A DNA stretch of 24,513 nt from Kofleriaceae bacterium (GCA_036524455.1 DATDCH010000924.1:1-24513); one strand, 5' to 3'; positions 1 through 7,866 are shown, numbered from the stretch's first letter. Numbers and translations: made by a program. Notes: generated by a model from the sequence alone, not told the origin.

Positions 1-1
1 T

Positions 2-352
2 GCCGACAACGACTGCGACGGTCAGGTCGACGAAGATCTGACGCGCGCGTGCTCGAGCGCATGCGGTAACGGTGAAGAGAAGTGCGTCGCCGGTTCGTGG
101 ACCGGTTGCGATGCAGCACAGCCGACCGCGGAGACCTGCGACGGCGACGACAACGATTGTGATGGCGTCGCCGACGAAGCCGACAACATGTGCGGCGAAG
201 ACGAGGTGTGCGCCGCGGGCGAGTGCGAACCGGGCGGCTTTACCGGCGACAAGGCCGGCTGCGCGTGCGACACCGGATCGAGCGACCCGACGGCGTTCGC
301 GCCGCTCGCGCTGCTCGGCATGTTGTTGTTGCGCCGCCGCCGCCGACGCTGA
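2..352 (+). CDS. 5'-truncated CDS encoding the C-terminus of a Cys/Asp-rich repeat protein (DxDCDG motifs) that ends in a MYXO-CTERM sorting tail
   Basis: Reading frame 2 is open from the window edge to TGA at 350-352, so it is missing from the ATG-started ORF track. Translation: ADNDCDGQVDEDLTRACSSACGNGEEKCVAGSWTGCDAAQPTAETCDGDDNDCDGVADEADNMCGEDEVCAAGECEPGGFTGDKAGCACDTGSSDPTAFAPLALLGMLLLRRRRRR*. The repeated DNDCDG motifs resemble the MopE-like putative metal-binding motif of myxobacterial secreted proteins. The C-terminus GCACD-GSS-hydrophobic-RRRRRR fits the MYXO-CTERM pattern. GC3 is high. Confidence 0.6.
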   Translation, partial: ADNDCDGQVDEDLTRACSSACGNGEEKCVAGSWTGCDAAQPTAETCDGDDNDCDGVADEADNMCGEDEVCAAGECEPGGFTGDKAGCACDTGSSDPTAFAPLALLGMLLLRRRRRR

Positions 353-471
353 GGTAGTCCAGCTCACGCCCGCTACCGCGCGCGCCGAATAGTTACGACC
401 GTGTCGCAGTTCGTCGTTGACCGCCCTGCGCGGTTCGCGCAAAGACACGCCGCCATCCGTTAGCCACGCAG

Positions 472-1200
472 GTGCACATGCTTCGACTTTCGCTCTCCTT
501 GATCTCGCTTGTCTTCGTCGCGTTGTGTGCGACGCCCGCATTCGCCGACGCCAAGGCGGATCACGCAGCACTCGCCGACGCGGCGAACAAGCTGTCGCAG
601 AGCGCGGCGAACCTCGCGAAGGCCGCGAAGGGCTCCGACGATCGCGGTGCGCGCAAGAAGTTCGCGCCGGCCGCGCAAGATCTCAGCGATGACCTCGCGG
701 CGTTTGGCCGTCGCGCAGCGAAGGACGTGCCGTTCAAGCAACTCGGCGGCGACGCGGCCGCGATCCTCAAGGACTCGGGTGCGCTCGTCGAGCTCGCCGA
801 TGAAGCCGAGGACAAAGAAGAGCGCAAGTCGCTCCGCAATCAGGCGCAGCTGATCCAGCAGGGCGTCGCAAACCTCGGCAAGCAGCTGCTCGCCGCGGCG
901 GCGAATGAAGACAAGGGCAGCAAGCCGGCCGACACTGCACCGAAGCGGTTCACGGGTCGCCTGTTCAACAACACGGACAAGTGCGACTGGCCCGAGAACG
1001 TGTTCTTCCAGCTCAGCCGCAACGGACAGGTCGTGTTCAAGACCCAGCTCGTGTTCCCGGGCAAGAACTTCGCGCTCGCGCTCGAAGAAGGCCAGTACCT
1101 GGTGTCGATCCTCGAGACCAACGGTGACTTCCTCGCGCAGAAGACGCTCGATGCGAAGACCGAAGGCTGGCAGCTCGTCAGCGGCTGCATCAAAGACTGA
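472..1200 (+). CDS. secreted hypothetical protein with a signal peptide
   Basis: 242-aa ORF with GC3-rich codon use. The N-terminus MHMLRLSLSLISLVFVALCATPAFADA is a typical Sec signal peptide with an AFA|DA cleavage site. An alternative ATG lies at 478. I recognise no domain. Confidence 0.6.
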   Translation: MHMLRLSLSLISLVFVALCATPAFADAKADHAALADAANKLSQSAANLAKAAKGSDDRGARKKFAPAAQDLSDDLAAFGRRAAKDVPFKQLGGDAAAILKDSGALVELADEAEDKEERKSLRNQAQLIQQGVANLGKQLLAAAANEDKGSKPADTAPKRFTGRLFNNTDKCDWPENVFFQLSRNGQVVFKTQLVFPGKNFALALEEGQYLVSILETNGDFLAQKTLDAKTEGWQLVSGCIKD

Positions 1201-1220
1201 TCGCTGCTACATCGTTGCGC

Positions 1221-1532
1221 ATGGCCCGCAAGCGCCCCGAACGCACCGCGCGTCGCGCGCAAGAACGCGCCGCACGCCAGCTCGTGCGCGATCGCGAGAA
1301 GCTCGCATCGTTGGTCGCGGGTGGCTCTGCCGAGCGACCGATCGAGGTGACGTCGTCCGCGGTGATCGAAATCCGCGTGCGCGCGATGCCGTGCCCGCAG
1401 TGTGAAGGCGAGCTGCGCGTGCACGATCACCGCTCGACCGGAGCCGGCATGCGCGCGGTCGACGTCAGGTGCCAGACCTGCGGTGCGCCACGCACGCTGT
1501 GGTTTCGGATCGTCAGCGACGATCCGAACTAG
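1221..1532 (+). CDS. small basic protein with a C-terminal zinc ribbon (CPQC-x19-CQTC)
   Basis: ATG at 1221 (the track starts at an in-frame TTG at 1215). Translation: MARKRPERTARRAQERAARQLVRDREKLA...MPCPQCEGELRVHDHRS...VRCQTCGAPRTLWF. Strong GC3 bias. It is the first gene of a tightly packed three-gene set. Confidence 0.5.
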   Translation: MARKRPERTARRAQERAARQLVRDREKLASLVAGGSAERPIEVTSSAVIEIRVRAMPCPQCEGELRVHDHRSTGAGMRAVDVRCQTCGAPRTLWFRIVSDDPN

Positions 1533-1550
1533 CTCTGCTAGGGTCAGCGC

Positions 1551-1811
1551 ATGGACTGTCGCTCGGGCTGCGGTGCGTGCTGTATCGCGCCGTCGATCTC
1601 GCCGTCGTTTCCGGCGCTGCCCGAAGGCAAGGCCGCCGGCGTGGTGTGCCCGCATCTGACCGACGATCGACGCTGCCGGTTATTCGGATTGCCGGAGCGC
1701 CCGGCGACGTGCGTCGGTCTGCGGCCCGGGCCGGAGATGTGTGGCACGTCAGTCGACGACGCGATGGCGACGTTGCTCGCGTGGGAAACCCTGACGACAC
1801 CGCGCCGATGA
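1551..1811 (+). CDS. YkgJ-family (UPF0153) cysteine-cluster protein, a putative Zn/Fe-chelating domain
   Basis: 86 aa. The N-terminus MDCRSGCGACCIAPSI carries the C-x3-C-G-x-C-C signature of the YkgJ/PF03692 family, with further Cys residues downstream (CPHL, CRLF, CVGL, CGTS). Its stop codon overlaps the next gene's start in an ATGA arrangement. Confidence 0.55.
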   Translation: MDCRSGCGACCIAPSISPSFPALPEGKAAGVVCPHLTDDRRCRLFGLPERPATCVGLRPGPEMCGTSVDDAMATLLAWETLTTPRR

Positions 1812-2083
1812 CGTCACTGATCTCGAGCGGAGATGGACCGGTCGCGGGTTGCAAGCTGTGCGAGCGCACCGCGGTTGGTCCGTGCGCGCGCTGTCGTGCA
1901 CCGGTGTGCGGCGACTGCTGCGAGCTCACCGATGGCGGCGCGACGACATTTGCCATCTGCCTCACGTGCGTGAAGCGCGGCGGCGCATCGCTCGCGCCGG
2001 CATGGCTCGGGCTACTCGGCTGGCTGGCCGTGATCGTCGTCGCGCTGGCTGCCGTCGGGGCGGTGCTCGTCCTCGTGCGGTAA
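1808..2083 (+). CDS. small Cys-rich protein (two CxxC...CxxC zinc-ribbon-like clusters) with a C-terminal transmembrane anchor
   Basis: ATG at 1808 overlaps the TGA of the upstream gene (ATGA). Translation: MTSLISSGDGPVAGCKLCERTAVGPCARCRAPVCGDCCELTDGGATTFAICLTCVKRGGASLAPAWLGLLGWLAVIVVALAAVGAVLVLVR. The 204-aa track ORF starting at 1469 is the same frame, but its upstream part overlaps two other genes and is probably not translated. Confidence 0.5.
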   Translation: MTSLISSGDGPVAGCKLCERTAVGPCARCRAPVCGDCCELTDGGATTFAICLTCVKRGGASLAPAWLGLLGWLAVIVVALAAVGAVLVLVR

Positions 2084-2204
2084 CCGTCACGCACACATCT
2101 AGGTGTGGTGGGCCGAATCGGTCTCCGTCGAGAACGTGGCTTCACAGCGACGCGGCCAAGTCCGCGATGGCTGGTCGGTACGACGGCTGCACTACCGGTC
2201 TCGC

Positions 2205-2921
2205 ATGCGTTTGCTTCCCTTATTGGCCCTGCTGCTCGGGGCTGGCTGCCAGTCACAGATGTTTGCGCGCGGCGGGTTCGTCGCAGAGTCGCCGACGCCC
2301 GTGATTCGTGCAGATGTTCACGTGCAGATCGGCTTCTTCGGGATTCCGCTGGCAGGTGCGCAGGACGTGGTGTTCGTGCTCGATCGCTCGGGATCGATGC
2401 ACGGCATCGCGGCCGGCTTCGCAGGTGAAGACGTCGGCATGAGCAAGACGACGTCTGCGATCGTCGGCATCGCCGGCGCGCTCGCGGGCCCGAAGCAACA
2501 TTCGAAGATGGAGGCTGCGAAGGCCGAGCTGATCCACACGCTGCAGCAGCTGCCCGACGGCACGCGGTTCATGATCATCTTCTTCGATGACGATCTGTCC
2601 GCGTTCTCGCCGCACATGCTGATGCTCGAGCCGCACACGCGTGCCTCTGCGGTCGCGTTCGTGCGCGGCATCAAACCGGGCGGCTCGACCGCGGCGGTTC
2701 CCGCACTGCGCCTTGCCTACAAAGCAGGGGCGGCGCGCGTGATCCTGCTCTCCGATGGGCTCGCGAACACCGGTGGCAGCGGCAGCGATTTGCTCGCCGA
2801 GGCGCGCGTGCAGATGCAACAGGGCGTGCGATTCGACACGGTTGGCCTCGGTATCGATCAGGACTCGTCGCTGATGAATACGCTTGCAGCGGAGAGTGGT
2901 GGACTCTCGATGAAGCGCTGA
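2205..2921 (+). CDS. von Willebrand factor type A (VWA) domain lipoprotein
   Basis: The in-frame ATG at 2205 gives MRLLPLLALLLGAGCQS, which contains a lipobox (LLGAGC). A MIDAS motif is present (VVFVLDRSGSM, i.e. DxSxS), together with GGSTAAVPALRLA and ILLSDGLANTG elements typical of VWA domains. The track's ATG at 2103 adds a non-signal leader and is less likely. Confidence 0.7.
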   Translation: MRLLPLLALLLGAGCQSQMFARGGFVAESPTPVIRADVHVQIGFFGIPLAGAQDVVFVLDRSGSMHGIAAGFAGEDVGMSKTTSAIVGIAGALAGPKQHSKMEAAKAELIHTLQQLPDGTRFMIIFFDDDLSAFSPHMLMLEPHTRASAVAFVRGIKPGGSTAAVPALRLAYKAGAARVILLSDGLANTGGSGSDLLAEARVQMQQGVRFDTVGLGIDQDSSLMNTLAAESGGLSMKR

Positions 2922-2936
2922 GCTATACGCGCGCGC

Positions 2937-3548
2937 ATGCGCGTACTCCTCGTGATGATGATCGTCGCGTGCGCTGCGCCGCGCGTGCGGCAGCCGGCAC
3001 CGACGCGGCCACCGCCGGTGACACCGATCGCCGATAACATGGATACGTTCGAGATGAACGGTTACGTGCTCGCGGGCGCCGAGTACTGGCCGTACGTCGG
3101 CAAGGAAGACATTCGCTATCCGCAGGACGTGCTGTGGGGCTTCTATCCGGTGAAGGGCGAGATTCCGGTCGGCGAGACCGATCCCAATGCGGACTCGGCA
3201 TCGCGCGCCGCGATCGAATGCGCGCAGCAGTCGTTCGCCGCACTGCAAGTGTTCCTTGCGAAGAATCCGCCCGAGCTGCGCCGCATCATCGAGCGCGGCG
3301 AGGCGAAGGGCTTCGTGCCGCGCTTCTATCTATGGACGAACGACTACACCCGCGCGGCGACGCCGTATCCGCCGGGCGTGCGTGAAGCGCGACTCTGGTA
3401 CTGGAAGCGCAAGCAGCCCGAGCCGCCGAAGCCGCCCGGCTACTGGAAGTGGGAAGCGACGGTCACGCAGAACGGCGAGTGTCAGGTTCCGCAGACTGAA
3501 CAGATCAACAAGTATCTCGCCGAAACACTCGCGTCACTCGAGCGTTAG
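2937..3548 (+). CDS. hypothetical lipoprotein (Trp/Tyr/Pro-rich)
   Basis: 203 aa, starting 16 nt after the VWA gene. MRVLLVMMIVACAAP is a lipoprotein signal. No known domain recognised. Good codon bias. Confidence 0.6.
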   Translation: MRVLLVMMIVACAAPRVRQPAPTRPPPVTPIADNMDTFEMNGYVLAGAEYWPYVGKEDIRYPQDVLWGFYPVKGEIPVGETDPNADSASRAAIECAQQSFAALQVFLAKNPPELRRIIERGEAKGFVPRFYLWTNDYTRAATPYPPGVREARLWYWKRKQPEPPKPPGYWKWEATVTQNGECQVPQTEQINKYLAETLASLER

Positions 3549-3566
3549 CGCACTGCGAGGACCCGC

Positions 3567-3586
3567 GCCCCACCCATGAGTGGGGC
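3567..3586 (+). terminator. GC-rich hairpin (7-bp stem GCCCCAC/GTGGGGC, 6-nt loop) 19 nt after the stop of the 2937..3548 gene; candidate intrinsic terminator without a U-tract
   Basis: Seen directly: gccccac-ccatga-gtggggc at 3567-3586, in the 145-bp gap before the next gene. No downstream T-run follows. Confidence 0.3.
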
Positions 3587-3693
3587 ATTCCCAGGCCGAC
3601 GAGCTTGCCGAGCGGCAACTCGATCTGCCAGTCGCTCGCGGGGCAACACAGCGAGAATGATCAAGTCGTGCAACGCGACGGCTGGGCAGATGC

Positions 3694-4422
3694 TTGCAGA
3701 TGTTGCGCGGCATGCGTGTCCTTGCATTGGTGGTCTGTCTCGCGGCGTGCGCCGGAGACGCAGTCGATTCCGAGCACGAGGAGGCAGCCGACTTCGAAGT
3801 CGATCCCGAGGATGCAAAGGCCGACGGCCTACCCGCGACGTTCGATCAGAACTTCATCGTTACCGATGCACTGCTGATCGAGTCGCTGTCGATGAGCGTT
3901 GAAGAGGTCCAGAAGTTCTTCGAGAACAATCCGTACGGCACGCGCTCGTGGCTCGCGTCGTACAAGGTCGGCGACATGACCGCGGCCGAGATGGTGGTCG
4001 AATCCGCGGTCGCGCACGACATCAATCCATTGATCTTGATCGCGCGCATGCAGGTCGAGACGTCACTCGTCAGCAAGACGAGCGCCCCGACCACGCGCAT
4101 GATCAATCGCGCGCTCGGTTGCGGTTGTCCCGATGGCGGCTCGTGCAATCCCGCCTACAGCGGTCTGCGCAGCCAGCTCGATTGCGGCGCGAAGACGCTG
4201 CGGCGCTGGTACGACGCATCGATCGCCGGCACCGGTCAATGGCTCAAGGGCCGCACGCGCAGCACGCTCGATAAACGCCGCGTCACGCCGCTCAACCACG
4301 CGACTGCGAGTTTTTATGCGTACACACCGTGGGTCCTCGTCGGTAGTGGTGGTGCGTGGCTCGCGTGGAATGTAACGCGCAAATACGTGCGTCACGCGAC
4401 GGCGACAAACCTCATCCAATGA
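3694..4422 (+). CDS. hypothetical lipoprotein
   Basis: 242 aa. MQMLRGMRVLALVVCLAACAG carries a lipobox (LAAC). An alternative ATG lies at 3712. The mature part has an acidic N-terminal region and a Cys-containing segment (GCGCPDGGSCNP...LDCG). No confident family assignment. Confidence 0.6.
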   Translation: MQMLRGMRVLALVVCLAACAGDAVDSEHEEAADFEVDPEDAKADGLPATFDQNFIVTDALLIESLSMSVEEVQKFFENNPYGTRSWLASYKVGDMTAAEMVVESAVAHDINPLILIARMQVETSLVSKTSAPTTRMINRALGCGCPDGGSCNPAYSGLRSQLDCGAKTLRRWYDASIAGTGQWLKGRTRSTLDKRRVTPLNHATASFYAYTPWVLVGSGGAWLAWNVTRKYVRHATATNLIQ

Positions 4423-4515
4423 GCTGACATCGCCGCACGTTAGGCGATCCGATTCGGATGTCTGATCGCTTACGCAGATCACGCGGGTTGGGCTGTGCTC
4501 GATCCTGTGTGACGA

Positions 4516-6177
4516 TTGCGGACTATGAGACCACCGGGATGGCTCGTCGCCGTACTCGTGGGCGCGCTCGCAGGATTGGTATTCGCGGGCGTCTCCACGT
4601 ACGACTTTGTTCAGCACCTCGATCGGCAAGTGCACAGCCTGCACTGCTCGTTCATTCCAGGCGCCGGCGCCGAAGCGGGATCTTCGGGTTGCCAAGCCGC
4701 GATGATGAGCCCGTACTCGTCGGTGTTCCGCACGACGATCTGGGGCGGCATACCGATCTCGCTGCCAGCGATGGCGGTGTTCGCGTTCATCTTGTTCTAC
4801 GGCGTCGATCTGTTGCTGAGCCGCCGCACGAACGATACGCGCGCGACCGCATTCCTCGCGCTCGCGTGCTCGCTGCCCGCGCTCGCTTCGGTGACGATGC
4901 TGATCATCTCGCTGACGAAGGTGGGCTCGACGTGCAAGCTGTGCGTCGGCATCTACATCGCGAGTGCGCTGGCGTTGACCGGCGCGATCATGTTGTGGCG
5001 CCGGGCCGTGGGCGAAGCGGCAACGCAGCCCGAGCCGATCGGAACGGCAAAGAGCGGCGGCACGTCGCTCGAAGCGCAGGTCGAAGAGCCGCGTGCCTCG
5101 AACGGTTGGCTCGCATCGATGTTCGGCGTCGGCGTCGCGTTCGTCGCCGTGCCGGTAATCCTCTACTTCGTGCTCGCGCCAGATCACGGCAAGTTCATCG
5201 GCACGTGCGGTCAGCTCGACAAGCCCGACGACACCTACGGTGTGTTCGTGCCGGTGCAGCGCGGTGGCAAGACGCCCGCGCTCGAGGTGCTCGATCCGCT
5301 GTGCCCCGCGTGTAAGGCGTTCGAGCAACGGCTCGAGTCGTCGGGGCTCGCCGATCGCCTCGATCGCCGCGCGATCCTGTTCCCGCTCGACACGACGTGC
5401 AACTGGATGATCACCGAGAACACGCATCCCGGCGCGTGCACGGTGAGCGAAGCGGTGCTGTGCGCAGGCGATAACGCGCCCGCGGTGATCAAGTGGGCGT
5501 TCGAGGTCCAGGACCGCGTGCGCACCGAGACGAAGGCAGATCCGACCGCGGCCGAACGCATTGTCAAGCAGCGCTGGCCCGAGCTCGCGGCGTGCGTTGG
5601 CTCGCCCGAAGCGAAGTCGCGGCTCAACAAGTCGCTGCGCTGGTCGGTCGCGAACAACATCCGCGTGCTGACGCCGCAGCTGTTCGTCGACAACGTCAAG
5701 CTGTGCGACGAGGACGTCGACCTCGGTCTCGACTATGCGCTCTCGCGCATGCTCGACGGCGACATGCCGAACCGCGTGCACACCGCGAAACCGGTGGAGA
5801 GCACGCCGGGCGCACCGGGCGCGGGCGCGACCGGCAACATGCCGACGTATCAGGGCGAGAAGCCGTCTCCGGCGGAGACGAATCCGCCGGCGACTGCGGC
5901 GCAACCGACCGAAGCAGCGCCGGCTGGCACGCAGCCTGCCGGAACGCAGCCCGCCGGAACGCAGCCCGCGGGGACGCCGCCCGCCGGCACTCCGACGGAA
6001 GCGAAGCCTGCCGAGGACAAACCGGTGACGTCGCCGACGCCGCCCGCTGACAAGCCAGCGGCCAAGCCAGCCGATAAACCCGCCGACAAGCCTGCGATGC
6101 CGGCAGAGGAAAAGCCTGCACCGGCGCCGGAGCCCGCTCCGCCCGCGGCGGGTGGTGATCAAGGAGGTGGCCAATGA
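4516..6177 (+). CDS. vitamin K epoxide reductase (VKOR) family membrane protein fused to a DsbA-like thioredoxin domain, with a low-complexity Pro/Ala/Thr/Lys-rich C-terminal tail
   Basis: 553 aa. The N-terminus has several TM helices. The VKOR loop Cys pair and signature are present (HCSFIPGAGAEAGSSGCQAAMMSPYSSVF...GGIP), as is the membrane CxxC active site (STCKLCVGIY). The downstream periplasmic domain has a thioredoxin-fold CPxC (LDPLCPACKAF). The tail repeats AGTQP x4-5 and ADKPA/AKPADKP. Confidence 0.8.
   Translation: MRTMRPPGWLVAVLVGALAGLVFAGVSTYDFVQHLDRQVHSLHCSFIPGAGAEAGSSGCQAAMMSPYSSVFRTTIWGGIPISLPAMAVFAFILFYGVDLLLSRRTNDTRATAFLALACSLPALASVTMLIISLTKVGSTCKLCVGIYIASALALTGAIMLWRRAVGEAATQPEPIGTAKSGGTSLEAQVEEPRASNGWLASMFGVGVAFVAVPVILYFVLAPDHGKFIGTCGQLDKPDDTYGVFVPVQRGGKTPALEVLDPLCPACKAFEQRLESSGLADRLDRRAILFPLDTTCNWMITENTHPGACTVSEAVLCAGDNAPAVIKWAFEVQDRVRTETKADPTAAERIVKQRWPELAACVGSPEAKSRLNKSLRWSVANNIRVLTPQLFVDNVKLCDEDVDLGLDYALSRMLDGDMPNRVHTAKPVESTPGAPGAGATGNMPTYQGEKPSPAETNPPATAAQPTEAAPAGTQPAGTQPAGTQPAGTPPAGTPTEAKPAEDKPVTSPTPPADKPAAKPADKPADKPAMPAEEKPAPAPEPAPPAAGGDQGGGQ
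5923..5997 (+). repeat. 15-nt in-frame tandem repeat (about 5 copies, consensus gccggaacgcagccc) encoding (A/P)GTQP
   Basis: Seen directly at 5923-5997, inside the C-terminal tail of the VKOR-DsbA gene: gctggcacgcagcct, gccggaacgcagccc, gccggaacgcagccc, gcggggacgccgccc, gccggcactccgacg. Confidence 0.7.
6049..6096 (+). repeat. 12-nt in-frame tandem repeat (about 4 copies) encoding (A)DKP/AKPA
   Basis: Seen directly: gacaagccagcg, gccaagccagcc, gataaacccgcc, gacaagcctgcg. Confidence 0.6.
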
Positions 6178-6860
6178 CCGCGATCCGTATTGGCGTGCTC
6201 GCCGTGTTGCTCGCGATCCCCGCGGTAGCGACGGGGAAGTGGATCGGCTCCGCCGAGACCAGGCTCGAGGAGATGCAGGCGACGCCTGCGGAGGCACCGC
6301 CCGTCGCAGCTGCGGCTGACGTCGGCTACTGCAGCCCCGAGCTCAAGAAGATCCTGCGCCGCGTGCTGATGAGCTGCGGCCTCGTCGGTGGTGACGCCGC
6401 GCGCGGCTGCCAGCCGGTGCAGGCGAAGAACGTCGCGACGATGAGCGGCACGGACTTCAACGCGCTGTTCCGGCCGATGAAGGAGCGCGGCGGCATCATT
6501 CAGTTCGATCTCGACAAGTCCGAGCTCGACCCCGACGACGTCGCGCTTATCGACAAGGTGTTCGCCGATCAGCGCGGCGCGAGCTGGTTCTTCGTGGTCG
6601 CGCGCGCGTCGCCCGAAGGCTCGGTCACGCACAACCGCGACCTCTCGCAGGCGCGCTCCGAAGCCGTGATGAAACACCTGCGCGAGCGCTTCAAAGATCC
6701 GGACCTCGACAAGGAGGTCGGCCTGCTCTGGCTCGGCGAGGAATTCGCCCAGCTCGAGCTCGAATTCTGCAGCTGGCAGCGCAGTATGACCGGGACCGAG
6801 TGTAAAGCTGAGGAGCTCAACCGGAGCGCATTCGTCGCATGGATCGACTGCCAGCTCTAA
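6174..6860 (+). CDS. Cys-rich periplasmic protein with an OmpA/MotB-like peptidoglycan-binding domain
   Basis: 228 aa. Its ATG overlaps the stop of the VKOR-DsbA gene (ATGA). N-terminal signal/anchor: MTAIRIGVLAVLLAIPAVATG. The segment IQFDLDKSELDPDDVALIDKVFADQRGASWFFVVARASPEGSVTHNRDLSQARSEAVMKHL matches the OmpA C-terminal-like pattern (FD...L.......I.V.G..D..GS...N..LS..RA.AV...L). There are 8 Cys in total. Confidence 0.5.
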   Translation: MTAIRIGVLAVLLAIPAVATGKWIGSAETRLEEMQATPAEAPPVAAAADVGYCSPELKKILRRVLMSCGLVGGDAARGCQPVQAKNVATMSGTDFNALFRPMKERGGIIQFDLDKSELDPDDVALIDKVFADQRGASWFFVVARASPEGSVTHNRDLSQARSEAVMKHLRERFKDPDLDKEVGLLWLGEEFAQLELEFCSWQRSMTGTECKAEELNRSAFVAWIDCQL

Positions 6861-7411
6861 TCGTCGCCGCCGCGCTGCTGCTCGCTTGTGACAACAAGCA
6901 AGACCAGCCCATGCCCGGCCGCGCCGACACCACGAAGGTCGCGAAGAAGAACGTCTCGACCGAGGCGTTCTGCGACGTGCAGTTCGCCGGCACGAGCGGG
7001 CCGAAGTTCAAGCTGCCGAAGCTCGTGGGTGGAACGCTCGCCGAGACCGCGCCGACGTGGCGCTGGATCAACGTGTGGGCGACGTGGTGCAAGCCGTGTG
7101 TCGAGGAGATGCCGCGGCTCGCGAAGTGGCGCGAGCAGCTCGGCGGCAAGTTCGAGCTCGCATTCGTGTCCGCCGACGAGGACGAGGCCGACCTCGTCGA
7201 GTTCCGCAAAGCAAATCCCGCGACGCCGGCGTCGCCGCGACTCGCCGAGCCCGCGAAGCAGGCGGACTGGTACGTGTCACTCGGCCTCGACGGCGGCGCG
7301 ACGCTGCCGATCCACATCTTCGTCGCCCCGTCGGGGCACGTCAGGTGTGCGCGGACCGGAGGTGTGCGTGACACGGACCTCGCGGCGATCGAGAAGGTCC
7401 TCGCGCAGTAA
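6839..7411 (+). CDS. TlpA/ResA-like thioredoxin-fold thiol:disulfide oxidoreductase lipoprotein
   Basis: 190 aa. Lipobox in MDRLPALIVAAALLLACDN. The redox motif WATWCKPC (WCxxC) is present. It overlaps the upstream gene by 22 nt. Confidence 0.75.
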   Translation: MDRLPALIVAAALLLACDNKQDQPMPGRADTTKVAKKNVSTEAFCDVQFAGTSGPKFKLPKLVGGTLAETAPTWRWINVWATWCKPCVEEMPRLAKWREQLGGKFELAFVSADEDEADLVEFRKANPATPASPRLAEPAKQADWYVSLGLDGGATLPIHIFVAPSGHVRCARTGGVRDTDLAAIEKVLAQ

Positions 7412-7465
7412 TCGCGGGTTACGCGGCCGAAATCGTCTCGCCGGGTCGCGCGTTACACAGCTCAC

Positions 7466-7834
7466 ATGCTGTCGCGCCTGACTCCGGTCGTCCTCGCCTT
7501 CGCTCTCGTCTTTGCGTTCGCCGCAGGCGCCGACGCCACGTCGCATGTCGACGTCACCGGCGACTGGTCGAGCAACTGGGACGACGTCAAGCTCGTGCGC
7601 GAGGGCAACCGCGTGTTCGGCACGTACGTGTGTTGCGGCGGCGGCAAGATCGAGGGCCGCGTCTTCGAGAACCGCATCATCCGGTACCACTGGGAGTCGC
7701 CAAACGGCGGCGGCGGCGAAGGGGTGTGGGAAATCATGTCGTCGCAGCGGCTCGACGGCACCTGGGGAAGTGGCCAGAGCGATGACGACGGCGGCCGTTG
7801 GGATCTCGTGCGCAAGAGCTCGCTCGCGAACTAG
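7466..7834 (+). CDS. small secreted hypothetical protein (Gly/Trp/Asp-rich)
   Basis: 122 aa. Signal peptide MLSRLTPVVLAFALVFAFAAGADA. Good GC3 bias. No family recognised. Confidence 0.5.
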   Translation: MLSRLTPVVLAFALVFAFAAGADATSHVDVTGDWSSNWDDVKLVREGNRVFGTYVCCGGGKIEGRVFENRIIRYHWESPNGGGGEGVWEIMSSQRLDGTWGSGQSDDDGGRWDLVRKSSLAN

Positions 7835-7845
7835 CTGGTTCTCTG

Positions 7846-7866
7846 AGGTATACTTTATGTATACCT
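7846..7866. promoter_or_regulatory. perfect AT-rich inverted repeat AGGTATAC-TTTAT-GTATACCT in an intergenic region, overlapping a -10-like TATACT; candidate operator or promoter element for the 7893 gene
   Basis: Seen directly. It forms an AT-rich island in an otherwise GC-rich region. The arms are 8 bp with a 5-nt spacer. It lies about 27 nt upstream of ATG 7893. Confidence 0.3.

Noticed and set aside
1469-2083. 204-aa plus ORF spanning three small genes
   Set aside because: Its upstream portion overlaps the zinc-ribbon and YkgJ genes in another frame. Only the part from ATG 1808 is retained.
840-3248. Minus-strand ORFs 840..1655, 1513..2256 and 2253..3248
   Set aside because: Arg/His-rich antisense artefacts opposite well-supported plus-strand genes.
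3694-4422. Possible lysozyme/transglycosylase-like motif (NPLILIARMQVETS) in the lipoprotein
   Set aside because: The motif order does not match the SLT or GH73 catalytic signatures well enough to support a call without an HMM search.
4063-6297. 744-aa minus-strand ORF, very Arg-rich
   Set aside because: It is the antisense frame of the VKOR-DsbA and neighbouring genes. Its composition (R/A/G runs, no hydrophobic core) is typical of GC-rich antisense artefacts, and the plus-strand gene has clear domains.
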